In this document: positions 30,787 through 42,507 of the stretch, in pieces
How positions within the stretch are numbered: position 1 is the first letter of the stretch
How the letters are laid out: each line of letters begins with the position of its first letter
Assembly: GCA_035759315.1 (NCBI GenBank)
Contig: DASTVB010000074.1
Coordinates: 2,195-66,194 of the forward strand
Direction of reading: 5' to 3'
DNA: 64,000 nt
Source: Telluria sp.
Lineage (GTDB): Bacteria > Pseudomonadota > Gammaproteobacteria > Burkholderiales > Burkholderiaceae_D
Program-made: the position numbers and the translations under genes
The notes under the pieces: model-generated
What the model was told of the DNA's origin: nothing
Seen by the model: the letters and a program-made list of their open reading frames with translations, nothing else
Databases searched by the model: none

Positions 30787-33700
30787 ATGGACATTCAAGA
30801 CGGCAAGCAGTCAGGATCTGCGGAGCAGGACAGCACCGGAAAGGGATTCGAATTCGTCGGCGACGGCGAAATGGTCGAACGCGTGAACCGGCTCGACTGG
30901 GCCGCCACGCCCGCCGGGGCGAGCGACACCTGGCCCGAAGGCATCCGCACCGCCGTCAGCATCGCCCTCAACTCGACCTTCCAGCTGGTGGTGCTGGCCG
31001 GCCGCGATATGGTCTATGTTTATAACGACGCCTCGAGGTCGATCTTCGGCGCCAAGCATCCGTGGGCGCTGGGCCGGCCGGCAGAGGAAGTGTGGGACGA
31101 GATCTGGCCGACGATCGGGCCGATGCTTCATTCGGTGTTCGAGACCGGCCACGCGCTGCGCTACGACGACATGCTGATGGTGCTCAAGCGCCACGGCTTC
31201 GACGAGGAAGCCTACTTCACCTTTTCGTACAGCCCGATCCGGGAGGCGAATGGCGAGATCAGCGGCCTGTTCCTGTCGGTGCTGGAAACCAGCGAGCGCG
31301 TGATCAACGAGCGGCGCATGCGCATGCTGACCGACCTTGCGGCGCGGGTCGCGGCCGGGCGCGGAGAGAGCGCCTATGCCGCGATCGGGGAAGTACTGGC
31401 CGCCAACCCGGTCGACGTGCCGTTCTACGCGCTGTACCTGTGCGACCGCGAGGGCAAGACCGCACGCCGCGTCTTCATGGGCCCCGATGCGCTCGACGGC
31501 CCGGCGCCTGCCGCGGAAGTCGCGCTGGCGCGCAACAGTAGCCACCCGGTGGCCCAGGCGGTCGCCGGCGGCAAACACCTGGTCTTCGATCGCGCCGAGT
31601 TGGATAGCGGCGCGGAGGGAAGCTTCGACGGTCAGACGTTGCGCTGCATGGCCCTGCCGCTGATGTTGCCTGGTACGCGAAAGCCGTGCGGCGCGCTGCT
31701 GCTTGGGGTAAATCCGCGCCAGTCGCTCGATGCGGCCCACCACGGCTTCTTCGAACTGGTGGCGGGCCACGTGGCGACGGCGGTTGCCAACGCCGAAGCG
31801 GCGCGGGTCGAGCAGGAGCGCCTCGCGGCTTTGGCGGAACTGGACCGCTCCAAGTCCGCCTTCCTGGCCAATGCCAGCCATGAGCTGCGCACGCCGCTCA
31901 CGCTGATCGAAGGCCCCCTCGGCACGCTGCTCGACGACCCCGCCGAACGGCTGTCGGGCGCGGCGCGCGAATCGCTCGAGATGGCGCGCCGGAACACCTC
32001 GCGCATGAAGGTGCTGGTCAACTCGCTGCTGGACTTCGCCAAGATCGAAGCGGGGCGCATGGCGCCACAGCTGGAACCGGTCGACCTGGGCGTGCTTACC
32101 GCGGAACTGGCCAGCCTGTTCCGGTCCGGGTTCGCCGCGGCCGGTATCGATTACGAGGTGGACGTGCGGCCGGGCGAGATCCACACGCTGGTGGACCACG
32201 AGATGTGGGAAAAGATCGTCCTCAACCTGCTGTCGAACGCGCTCAAGTACACGCCGGCGGGGCAGGTCAGGCTGGCGCTTGGCCGGCACGACGGCGAACT
32301 GGAACTGTCCGTGAGCGATACCGGGATCGGGATCGCGCGCGAGGACCTGCCGCATGTGACGGAGCGTTTCTACCGCGGCCGCCGGCGCGCTGCGCGCTCG
32401 CCCTCAGAGAGCACCGGACTGGGACTGGCGCTGGTCAGCGAACTGGCCCGCCTGCTGGGCGGGACGCTGGAGATCGACAGCGCGGTCGGGCGAGGCACCC
32501 GGGTGACGGTAAGGCTGCCGGACCGCGCGGCACCCAGGCTGGCCGGCACTGAGGGCGACCGCGCGTCTGCCGGCATGAGCGAACTGACGCGGGCGGTGTT
32601 CGCCGGCGTGCTCGACCCGGGGCCGGCGGCTCCCCGTCCGCCCGCCACGCAATCATCGGCCATCGCGCCGGCGCCGCAGGCGGGCGCGGACCGGCTGAAG
32701 GTGGTGGTCATCGACGACAACGAAGACATCCTGCGTTACGTGGAACGCCTGCTGCAGGACGTGTGCACGGTGGTCACGGTGGGCGAGGCTACCCGCGCGC
32801 TGGACGTGATCAGGAGCATCCGCCCCGACGTGGTGCTGCTGGACGTGATGATGCCGGAGGTCGACGGCTTCGAGCTGCTGGGCCGAATCCGCTCCGACCC
32901 CTCGGTGCAGTCTGTCTCGGTGATCGTGCTGTCCGCGCACGTCGCCGAGAACGCCCGCCTCGAGGCGATGGCGGCCGGCGCCGACGACTACCTGCCCAAG
33001 CCTTTCAGCGGGCGCGAGCTGATCGCCACGGTGCGCTCGCACTTCAACCTGGCGCGGATCCGGCGCGCGGCGGTCGAGCGCGAAGGCATGCTGATGACCG
33101 AAATCGCGGACATCCGCGGCAATATGGAGAGCCTGATCGAAGGCACCAGCGACGCCTTCGTCCACATCGGCCGCGACCTGCGGATACGCGCGTTGAACGA
33201 CGTCTCGGTCCAGCTGTCCGGCAAGACGAGGGAACAAATGATCGGCCGCCGCTTCGACGAAGTGCGCCCGGATGCGGCGCCGACACTGGCCGCGATGCGC
33301 GAAGCGATGGAGCGCCAGTGCATCGTCGGCACCGAATACTTTCACAAGCGGTCGCGGCGCTGGTTCAACGTGCGCTGCTACCCGACCCGCGACGGCGCGA
33401 TCGCGCTGGGCAACGACATCACCGCCCGCAAGCATGAAGAGACCAACCTGCGCCTGGCCCACGAGCAGCTCGAGTCGCGGGTGCGCGAACGCACCAGCGA
33501 CCTGAACGCCGCCAACGAGCTGCTCAAGGCGCTGTTCGACCGGGCGCCCGCGCCGATCGCGATGACGCGACTGGACGGGCGCATCATGCGCGCCAACCTG
33601 GCGTTCGAGCAGCTGGTTGGCTACGACGCGTCGGAACTGTGCATGCAGTCGATGGAGAGCCTGACGGATCCTGAGGATTTCATGCTCAAGCGGCGCCAGA

Positions 33701-34578
33701 TCGAGCGCCTGCTGGCCGGCGAGATCGCCACCTTCGAGATGGAGATGCGCTACCGCCGCAAGGACGGCCAGACGATCTGGGTCGAGAATTTCGTCGGCAC
33801 GATCCCGGGCGACGACGGCCGGCCACGCTATTTCGTCAAGATCGTGCAGGACGTTACCGACCGCAAGCGCTCCGAGGAACTGATCAAGGCGTCTCAGGCC
33901 GAACTGCGCGCGCTGTACGATCGCCTGCAACGCGTGCGCAAGGAAGAGCGCATCGCGCTGGCGCGCGAGGTGCACGACCACCTGGGGCAGCTGCTGTCGG
34001 CCGCCAAGATCGACATCAAGCTGCTGCTTGAGGATGTGCAGGGAGGGGCAGCGCAGGTATCACGCCGCAAGCTGGTGCCGGAGCTGCGCAGCGCCTCGCA
34101 GTCGCTTGAAGCTGCGATCGGTTCGGTCAGGTCGATCGCGCGCGAACTGCGTCCGCCGGAAATCGAGAGCCAGGGCCTGTACGCGGCGATTCGCTGGCAC
34201 GCGCAGGACTTCGAACGGCGCACCCGCATCCGCTTCGAGCTGGAGCTGCCCCCGGGCGGCGGCCCGACCGGCCTGGCGGCGGGTGAACTGTTCCGGATAT
34301 TCCAGGAGGCATTGACCAATGTGCTGCGCCACGCGATGGCGACCCAGGTCACGGCTACGGTGCAGGTGCGGGGCGATCGGCTGCTGCTGCGCGTGCGCGA
34401 CAACGGAGTCGGGATCGCGCGCCGCGCCGCGGCCGGGCCGACACTCGGACTGGTGGGGATGCGCGAACGCGCCGAGCTGTCTGGCGGTCGGGTAGTGGTG
34501 CTGCCGCTGCGTTCCGGAGGCACCCTGGTGTCGGCGCTGGTCCCGATCGGCGACGCGCACACCGTCCACGGCCGGTAA
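30787..34578 (+). CDS. Giant cytoplasmic sensor with two complete histidine-kinase cores: PAS-GAF-HisKA-HATPase-REC-PAS-PAS-HisKA_3-HATPase
   Basis: First H-box SHELRTPLT (~31.88 kb) with N/G boxes (LLSNALKYT, DTGIGI, GLGLAL). REC follows (VVVIDDNED.., VLLDVMMPEVDG ~32.84 kb, KPF). Then two PAS modules. A second, NarX-type H-box follows (REVHDHLGQ ~33.97 kb) with EALTNVLRHA, DNGVGI, GLVGMRERA. The start is taken at MDIQD (30787). Confidence 0.85.
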   Translation: MDIQDGKQSGSAEQDSTGKGFEFVGDGEMVERVNRLDWAATPAGASDTWPEGIRTAVSIALNSTFQLVVLAGRDMVYVYNDASRSIFGAKHPWALGRPAEEVWDEIWPTIGPMLHSVFETGHALRYDDMLMVLKRHGFDEEAYFTFSYSPIREANGEISGLFLSVLETSERVINERRMRMLTDLAARVAAGRGESAYAAIGEVLAANPVDVPFYALYLCDREGKTARRVFMGPDALDGPAPAAEVALARNSSHPVAQAVAGGKHLVFDRAELDSGAEGSFDGQTLRCMALPLMLPGTRKPCGALLLGVNPRQSLDAAHHGFFELVAGHVATAVANAEAARVEQERLAALAELDRSKSAFLANASHELRTPLTLIEGPLGTLLDDPAERLSGAARESLEMARRNTSRMKVLVNSLLDFAKIEAGRMAPQLEPVDLGVLTAELASLFRSGFAAAGIDYEVDVRPGEIHTLVDHEMWEKIVLNLLSNALKYTPAGQVRLALGRHDGELELSVSDTGIGIAREDLPHVTERFYRGRRRAARSPSESTGLGLALVSELARLLGGTLEIDSAVGRGTRVTVRLPDRAAPRLAGTEGDRASAGMSELTRAVFAGVLDPGPAAPRPPATQSSAIAPAPQAGADRLKVVVIDDNEDILRYVERLLQDVCTVVTVGEATRALDVIRSIRPDVVLLDVMMPEVDGFELLGRIRSDPSVQSVSVIVLSAHVAENARLEAMAAGADDYLPKPFSGRELIATVRSHFNLARIRRAAVEREGMLMTEIADIRGNMESLIEGTSDAFVHIGRDLRIRALNDVSVQLSGKTREQMIGRRFDEVRPDAAPTLAAMREAMERQCIVGTEYFHKRSRRWFNVRCYPTRDGAIALGNDITARKHEETNLRLAHEQLESRVRERTSDLNAANELLKALFDRAPAPIAMTRLDGRIMRANLAFEQLVGYDASELCMQSMESLTDPEDFMLKRRQIERLLAGEIATFEMEMRYRRKDGQTIWVENFVGTIPGDDGRPRYFVKIVQDVTDRKRSEELIKASQAELRALYDRLQRVRKEERIALAREVHDHLGQLLSAAKIDIKLLLEDVQGGAAQVSRRKLVPELRSASQSLEAAIGSVRSIARELRPPEIESQGLYAAIRWHAQDFERRTRIRFELELPPGGGPTGLAAGELFRIFQEALTNVLRHAMATQVTATVQVRGDRLLLRVRDNGVGIARRAAAGPTLGLVGMRERAELSGGRVVVLPLRSGGTLVSALVPIGDAHTVHGR

Positions 34579-34632
34579 CATGAAGCCGCAGATCCCGTTA
34601 CAATCGGCAAGCGCAATGGAGGAGCCACTTTT

Positions 34633-35265
34633 TTGATCACTATCGTAATAGCAGACGACCATGAACTGATCCGCGAAGGGATCAAGAAAATCATCCGTTC
34701 GTCCAAGGACATGCGGATCGTCGGCGAGGCCGCCGGCTTCGATGACCTGGTCGCGCACGTCGAGCAGACGGCGCCCGACCTGGTGATCCTGGACCTGAGC
34801 CTGCCGGGCTACGAAGGGCTGGCCGGGCTGATGGAGCTGCGCGCGCGTTTCCCGCGCCAGCGCGTCCTGATCCTGTCGATGTTCCCCGAAGAGCAGTATG
34901 CGATCGCGGCCCTGCGCGCCGGCGCTTCCGGCTACGTCAGCAAGTCGATGGCGGCGGAAGAGCTGGTGCTGGGCATCCGCCGCGTGATGGCGGGCTCCAC
35001 CTACATCAGCGCCAACCTGGCCGGCCTGCTGGCCTCCGATGCGGCATCGCCGCCGAGCCGCCCGGCGCACGAGTCGCTGACCCCGCGCGAACTGGACGTG
35101 CTGACCATGATCGGCGCCGGCAAGCAGATCAAGCAGGTGTCCGCCGAACTGGGGATCAGCATCAGCTCCGTAAATACCTATCGCGCCCGCATCTTCAAGA
35201 AAATGGAGCTCGCTTCGAATGCCGCGCTGATCCGCTACGCGCTGAAATTCGGACTGGTAAAATGA
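34633..35265 (+). CDS. NarL/FixJ (LuxR-type HTH) response regulator
   Basis: TTG start. IVIADDHELIREG.., DLVILDLSLPG (Asp), YVSK (Lys), then C-terminal LTPRELDVLTMIGAGKQIKQVSAELGISISSVNTYRARIFKKM. Confidence 0.9.
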   Translation: MITIVIADDHELIREGIKKIIRSSKDMRIVGEAAGFDDLVAHVEQTAPDLVILDLSLPGYEGLAGLMELRARFPRQRVLILSMFPEEQYAIAALRAGASGYVSKSMAAEELVLGIRRVMAGSTYISANLAGLLASDAASPPSRPAHESLTPRELDVLTMIGAGKQIKQVSAELGISISSVNTYRARIFKKMELASNAALIRYALKFGLVK

Positions 35266-35485
35266 TTTGCAGGGCGGATGGAGTTGCTTCAGCCGCCGAC
35301 TGTTGTGTTCTTACAATTTGTGCTGTCGTAACTTTTACGACGTTTCCGTGGTTTGTTCGGCGACCGGATGTCGCGCAAAGCACAGTGTTACGCCGCAGAT
35401 ATCCCCTTTAGAATCGGTTCAGCATCCCTGCAATGGTGAGGGCGAGCCGTTCGTGTCCATACGCATGGCGCCCTGAGGAATCCGC

Positions 35486-36136
35486 ATGGCCGAACTTGAC
35501 GAAAAAGCAGGGCGACTGACGCTCAAACTGGTGTACTACGGGCCGGCGCTGTCCGGCAAGACCAGCAACCTGACGCGCCTGCACGACCTGCTGGCGGCGG
35601 AGATGGTGGGCGACATGATGATGCTCGAGACAGAAGGCGACCGCACCCTGTTCTTCGACCTGTTGCCGCTCGGCTTTACCGCGCCATCCGGGCTGGTGGT
35701 CAAGTTCAAGGTGTTCACCGTGCCAGGCCAGGTCGCGCACAACGGCACCCGCAAGGCCGTGCTGTCGCGCGCCGACGGCGCAGTGTTCGTCGCCGATTCC
35801 CAGGCCAGCCAGGCCACCAACAACGCGGTCTCGTTCGACAACCTTCTTTCCAACGCCGGCACGGTCGGCATCGACGTGGCGTCCTTCCCGCTGGTGGTCC
35901 AGTACAACAAGCGCGACATGGCCGGCGTGGTGCCCGAATCCGAGATCATGGAACGCTGGCGCGAGGCGCCGTGGCCGGTGGTGATGGCCAGCGCGCTGCA
36001 GGGGCAGGGCGTGCGCGAGACTTTCGGCGAACTGCTGCGCGCGGTGTACCGGCGCCTGGACGCCGAGTACGCGCTGCTGGAGCGCCACGGGCTTACCAGC
36101 GAGGCCTTCGTGGCTGCCGGCGGAGGTGCCGCATGA
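35486..36136 (+). CDS. MglA-family Ras-like small GTPase
   Basis: Collinear with Myxococcus MglA. KLVYYGPALSGKTSNL matches the P-loop, GDRTLFFDLLP matches switch I, FTVPGQV matches switch II, QYNKRD is G4 and ASAL is G5. GAGGAA SD precedes the start. Confidence 0.85.
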   Translation: MAELDEKAGRLTLKLVYYGPALSGKTSNLTRLHDLLAAEMVGDMMMLETEGDRTLFFDLLPLGFTAPSGLVVKFKVFTVPGQVAHNGTRKAVLSRADGAVFVADSQASQATNNAVSFDNLLSNAGTVGIDVASFPLVVQYNKRDMAGVVPESEIMERWREAPWPVVMASALQGQGVRETFGELLRAVYRRLDAEYALLERHGLTSEAFVAAGGGAA

Positions 36137-37361
36137 TCGAATCGCCACCCGAATTCGACCGCCAGGTGGCGCTCGCCGACATCCTCGGCGGCGTCCCGCG
36201 CAAGGCCTTCGACGCGGCGATGGAAGCGAGCGTCGGTGCGGCCTGGCGCCTCGCCGACAGCGACGGCAAGACGCTGCGCGAAGGCCCCGCGGCGCTGGGC
36301 GCGGATACCGTCGACGCGCGGCTGGTGGTCGACCTGGAGCCGGTCGGCACGCTGCTGCTGCCGGCGTCGAAGGCCGCATGGCTGGCCGGCGCCGCGCGCT
36401 GGGTCGAACTGCTGCTGGGCGCATCCAACCGCTACCGCATGGCGGCCGACCTGCACGTGGAGGCGGTGCACGCCGACCACCGCGAGCTGATGCAGCGCCA
36501 TGCCGAGCTGGCCGAGTCGGAGCAGCGCTACCGCACCCTGTCGGCGCAGCTCGAACAGCGCGTGCGCGAACAGGTGGCGGCGATCGAGCAGGGACAGCGC
36601 CGGGTGCACCAGGCCGAGAAGATGGCGGCGCTGGGCAACCTGGCGGCCGGCATGGCGCACGAGATCAACAACCCGATCGGCTTCATGCGCAGCAACCTGT
36701 CGACCGCCAAGGGCTACGTGGGACTGATCGCCAAGGCGCTGGCGCAGGGCGCGCCGGACCCCGCGGCCGCGCGGAGGCTGAACGAGATACTGACCGACTT
36801 CGACGCGCTGCTGGACGAATCGATGGCGGGCGCCGACCGCGTCGCGGGCATCGTTGCGGCGCTCAAGGCCTACACCACGGCATCGTCGGAAGCGGCTCGG
36901 CGCGAGCTGGCCGATCCCAACGAGGCGGTGCGGGGCGCGGCCCGGCTGGTGGGCGGGCTGCCGGAGGGCGTCAGGCTGGAACTGGCGCTGGGCGCGCTGC
37001 CGTGGTGCGCCTTCGACCGCGAAGGCGTGGCGCGCGTGGTGATGGCGCTGCTGGCCAATGCCCGTACCGCGATGAAGGGCCGCAGCGGCGCGATTCGCGT
37101 TGCCACCCGCGCCGACGGCGACTGGGTCGAGATCGCGGTCTGCGACGAAGGCTGCGGCATCGAGGCGGAACGGATCGGGCGCGTGTTCGATCCCTTCTAC
37201 ACCACCCAGGACGTGGGCGGCGGCATGGGGCTCGGGCTGACCGTCGCCGCCGACGTGGTGCGCGCGCATGGCGGGCATATCGAAGTCGAATCCGTGGCCG
37301 GCGGCGGAGCGACGTTCCGGGTGCGCCTGCCTGCGCGCCCCAACGACGGCAAGGAAGGACC

Positions 37362-37365
<4 letters not shown>
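36133..37365 (+). CDS. Soluble histidine kinase with unassigned 130-aa N-terminal domain
   Basis: The ATG overlaps the GTPase stop (ATGA 36133-36136). No TM segment. Coiled coil, H-box AAGMAHEINNPIGFM, N-box LLANARTAM, G-boxes DEGCGI and GGMGLGL. Confidence 0.85.
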
Positions 37366-39593
<2,228 letters not shown>

Positions 39594-39609
39594 AACGGGT
39601 ACAGGGACA

Positions 39610-39927
39610 ATGACGAAGCGTTACAAGAGCGTAGAGCTGGACGAGGCCGCGGAAGGCGCGCAGCTGTTCGAGGACGTGCTCGACCGGCAGGGCGCGGTGC
39701 TGGTTGCGGCGCGCACCGAGCTGACCGCGTCGCTGATCCGTTCGCTGCAGCGGCGCGGGATCGACACGGTGATCGTGGCCGACGACAGCATGTCGCCGGA
39801 AGCGCTGGAGGAAGCGCGGGCGAAGGTGGCCGCACGGCTGGAGCGCCTGTTCGCCAGGAGCGGCGGGCGCGCCAGTGCGGAGCTGCGGCGGCAGGTGATG
39901 GAATACCGGTTGGAGCAGCTGTCATGA
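39610..39927 (+). CDS. Small (105 aa) hypothetical protein, DUF3391-like N-module (tentative)
   Basis: VELDEAAEGAQLFEDVLDRQGAVLVAARTELTASLIRSLQRRGIDTVIV resembles the N-terminal module that precedes many HD-GYP proteins. Its stop overlaps the next ATG (ATGA 39924-39927). Confidence 0.6.
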   Translation: MTKRYKSVELDEAAEGAQLFEDVLDRQGAVLVAARTELTASLIRSLQRRGIDTVIVADDSMSPEALEEARAKVAARLERLFARSGGRASAELRRQVMEYRLEQLS

Positions 39928-40763
39928 GCGCGGTGCCGATCGAAGACGTGGTGCGCGACATCCGCGAGCTGCCGGCGCTGCCTTCGGTGGTGCTGGAACT
40001 GATCGAGACCTTCGACAAGCCGGAGGTCGACATCGCGACGCTGGCCGACAAGATCTCGCGCGACCAGGCGCTGGCCGCCAAGACCCTAAGGCTGGCCAAT
40101 TCCTCCTTCTACGGATTGTCGGCCAAGGTCAAGACGGTCAACCAGGCGATCGTGGTGCTGGGCTTCGACAGCGTGCGCGCGCTGGTGTCGGCGGGCGGCA
40201 TCATCGACCATTTCCAGGGCGGGGGCGGGCCGGTTGACGCCACGCTGTTCTGGCGCCACGCGATCGCGACTGCGCTGTGCTCGCGCCACCTGGCGCGCGC
40301 GACCAGGCAGAACCAGGACCATGCGTTCATCGCCGGGCTTCTGCACGATATCGGGGAGCTGGTGCTGGCCACGCGCTTTTCGGCGCCGTACCAGCAGGCG
40401 CTGGACCTCGCCGCGCGCAGCGATTGCGGCCTGCTCAAGGCGGAGCAGGAGGTGCTGGGGATCGACCACCAGCGCGTAGGGCTAGTGCTGGCGCAGGCGT
40501 GGAGATTCCCCGACATGATCGGGCGCGCCATCGCGCATCACCACGCGCCGCAGCACGAAGACCTGGGGCGGCTGCCCGCGATCGTCCATGTGGCCGATGC
40601 GATCGTCGATGCGCTGGATTTGCTTGGTAACGAGTCGACGCTGGTGCCGCAACTGCAGGACAACGTGTGGGACAGCCTGGCGCTGGAGCCGGCGCAGCTG
40701 CGCGCGGTGTTCCGCGATACCGAGCTGCAGTTCGAGGAAGCCTGCCAGATCCTCGCGCCGTAG
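39924..40763 (+). CDS. HDOD domain protein
   Basis: LPALPSVVLELIETFDKPEVDIATLADKISRDQALAAKTLRLANSSFYGL..VKTVNQAIVVLGFDSVR...WRHAIATA...AGLLHDIGELVL. This is the typical HDOD pattern. Confidence 0.9.
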   Translation: MSAVPIEDVVRDIRELPALPSVVLELIETFDKPEVDIATLADKISRDQALAAKTLRLANSSFYGLSAKVKTVNQAIVVLGFDSVRALVSAGGIIDHFQGGGGPVDATLFWRHAIATALCSRHLARATRQNQDHAFIAGLLHDIGELVLATRFSAPYQQALDLAARSDCGLLKAEQEVLGIDHQRVGLVLAQAWRFPDMIGRAIAHHHAPQHEDLGRLPAIVHVADAIVDALDLLGNESTLVPQLQDNVWDSLALEPAQLRAVFRDTELQFEEACQILAP

Positions 40764-40858
40764 GGGACTGTCCCCGCAGGGGACTGTCCCCCGGTGTTTG
40801 ATCGCGCCCGGGTGCATTTCAGAACACCGGGGGACGGTCCCCTATGGGGACAGTCCCC
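40763..40858. repeat. REP-B composite element (~96 bp, ~36-bp terminal inverted repeats)
   Basis: GGGGACTGTCCCCGCAGGGGACTGTCCCCCGGTGTT...AACACCGGGGGACGGTCCCCTATGGGGACAGTCCCC. It fills the gap between the convergent HDOD gene and rhlE. It is a near-twin of the copy at 48447-48541. Confidence 0.9.
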
Positions 40859-40865
40859 AGCCTCA

Positions 40866-42119
40866 TCACGGTTTGCGGAAGCGGACGTCTTCCTTCACCA
40901 CCGGCGCGGTGTACACCTTCGCCTTCTTCGGTTTTTTCGGTTTCTTCACCAGCTCGCCCTTTGAATTGGTCATCGGCACGCGGTGCTCGGCAGCGAAGCC
41001 CGGTTCCTCGCTGCGCGCCAGCGTCTGCCCAATCAGCGTTTCGATGGCGGCCAGCAGTGGCGCCTCGTCCGCGCACACCAGCGACAACGCCTCGCCCGTG
41101 GCGCCCGCGCGCCCGGTGCGGCCGATGCGGTGCACATAATCTTCCGCCACGATCGGCAGGTCCAGGTTCACCACCAGCGGCAGGTCGTCGATGTCGAGGC
41201 CGCGCGAGGCGACGTCGGTCGCGGCCAGCACCTGCACTTCGCCTGCCTTGAAGCGTTCCAGCGCGCGCATGCGCGCCGGCTGCGGCTTGTCGCCGTGGAT
41301 CGAGTCGACCGGGATGCCGCGCTTTTCCAGCGCGACCGCCAGTTCGTCCACGCCGCGGCGGGTCTTGGCGAACACCAGCACCTGGCCCCATTTGCGCTGC
41401 TTGAGCAGGTGCAGGAACAGTTCGGTCTTGCGCTTCTTGTCCACCGTGAGCACCGACTGGCGCACGGTTTTGGCCGCGGTATTGCGCGGGGCGACTTCGA
41501 TGCCAAGCGGGTCGCGCAGCATTTTTGCCGCCATCGCGCGGATCGGCTCGGAGAAGGTGGCGGAGAACAGCAAGGTTTGGCGCTTCTTCGGCAGCACCGC
41601 GAAAATCTGGTCCAACTCGCGCGAAAAGCCCAGGTCCAGCATGCGGTCGGCTTCGTCCAGCACCAGCGTCTGCAGCATGTCGAAGCGCACCGCGTTCTGG
41701 CGGTGCAGGTCGAGCAGACGGCCCGGCGTGGCGACGATCAGGTCGACGCCTTTGCGCATCCTCATCATCTGCGGGTTGATGCTGACGCCGCCGTACGCCA
41801 CCAGGGTGCGCAGGGGCAGGTTGGCGCCGTAGGCCTTGAAGCTTTCGTGGACCTGGTCGGCCAGTTCGCGGGTCGGCACCAGCACCAGAGCGCGCACGCT
41901 GTTGGGCGCGACCTGGCCGCCTTCCATGACCAGCCGCTGCAGCAGCGGCAGCGCGAAGCCGGCGGTCTTGCCGGTGCCGGTCTGGGCGGCGGCCATCAGG
42001 TCGCGACCGGCCAGCACGGCGGGTATCGCCTGGGCCTGGACCGGGGTCGGGGTGGCGTAGCCGAGCGCTTCCAGCGAGCGCAGCAGGGGATCGATCAGGC
42101 CAAGCGAGGCAAACGTCAT
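40866..42119 (-). CDS. rhlE: DEAD-box ATP-dependent RNA helicase
   Basis: MTFASLGL.., Q-motif, AQTGTGKT, PTRELA, VLDEADRMLD, SAT, HRIGRTGRAG. The C-terminal tail is basic. Confidence 0.92.
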   Translation of the reverse strand: MTFASLGLIDPLLRSLEALGYATPTPVQAQAIPAVLAGRDLMAAAQTGTGKTAGFALPLLQRLVMEGGQVAPNSVRALVLVPTRELADQVHESFKAYGANLPLRTLVAYGGVSINPQMMRMRKGVDLIVATPGRLLDLHRQNAVRFDMLQTLVLDEADRMLDLGFSRELDQIFAVLPKKRQTLLFSATFSEPIRAMAAKMLRDPLGIEVAPRNTAAKTVRQSVLTVDKKRKTELFLHLLKQRKWGQVLVFAKTRRGVDELAVALEKRGIPVDSIHGDKPQPARMRALERFKAGEVQVLAATDVASRGLDIDDLPLVVNLDLPIVAEDYVHRIGRTGRAGATGEALSLVCADEAPLLAAIETLIGQTLARSEEPGFAAEHRVPMTNSKGELVKKPKKPKKAKVYTAPVVKEDVRFRKP

Positions 42120-42280
42120 GGATTTGTTGTTAGCAGGTAAAAACAGCGCGCATCTTACCCTATCCGGGGCCAATCCCGGCTATCGGGGCCGATCGCGGCG
42201 GACCGCGCGACTACCGGGCCAATCTGCGTCCAATTCGCGACAATTCCGCTCATCAGTGCCGATCTTCCAGCTGAACCACC

Positions 42281-42375
42281 GTCATCCCAGCGCAGGCTGG
42301 GATCCATAGTGAGTATGCAGCATGGCGCAGTCGCCATACCACCTCAGTATGGATCCCGGCCTTCGCCGGGATGAC
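42281..42375. repeat. REP-A inverted pair
   Basis: GTCATCCCAGCGCAGGCTGGGATCCAT ... ATGGATCCCGGCCTTCGCCGGGATGAC. Confidence 0.9.
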
Positions 42376-42387
42376 GCGACTCGGCGT

Positions 42388-42507
42388 TTAGCGCAGTACC
42401 TGGAGCTCCATTACTTTCGGCTTGGTCGGTTCCGGTTTGGTGTCGCAAGCGCCCAGCAGTCCAATGCAGGCGAGGGCGGCGGCCACATATTTGAGGATGG
42501 ACAGCAT
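42388..42507 (-). CDS. 39-aa small lipoprotein (not in ORF track)
   Basis: GGGAG SD 6 nt upstream of the ATG at 42507. MLSILKYVAAALACIGLLGACDTKPEPTKPKVMELQVLR has a signal peptide with lipobox LLGAC. Confidence 0.5.
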   Translation of the reverse strand: MLSILKYVAAALACIGLLGACDTKPEPTKPKVMELQVLR

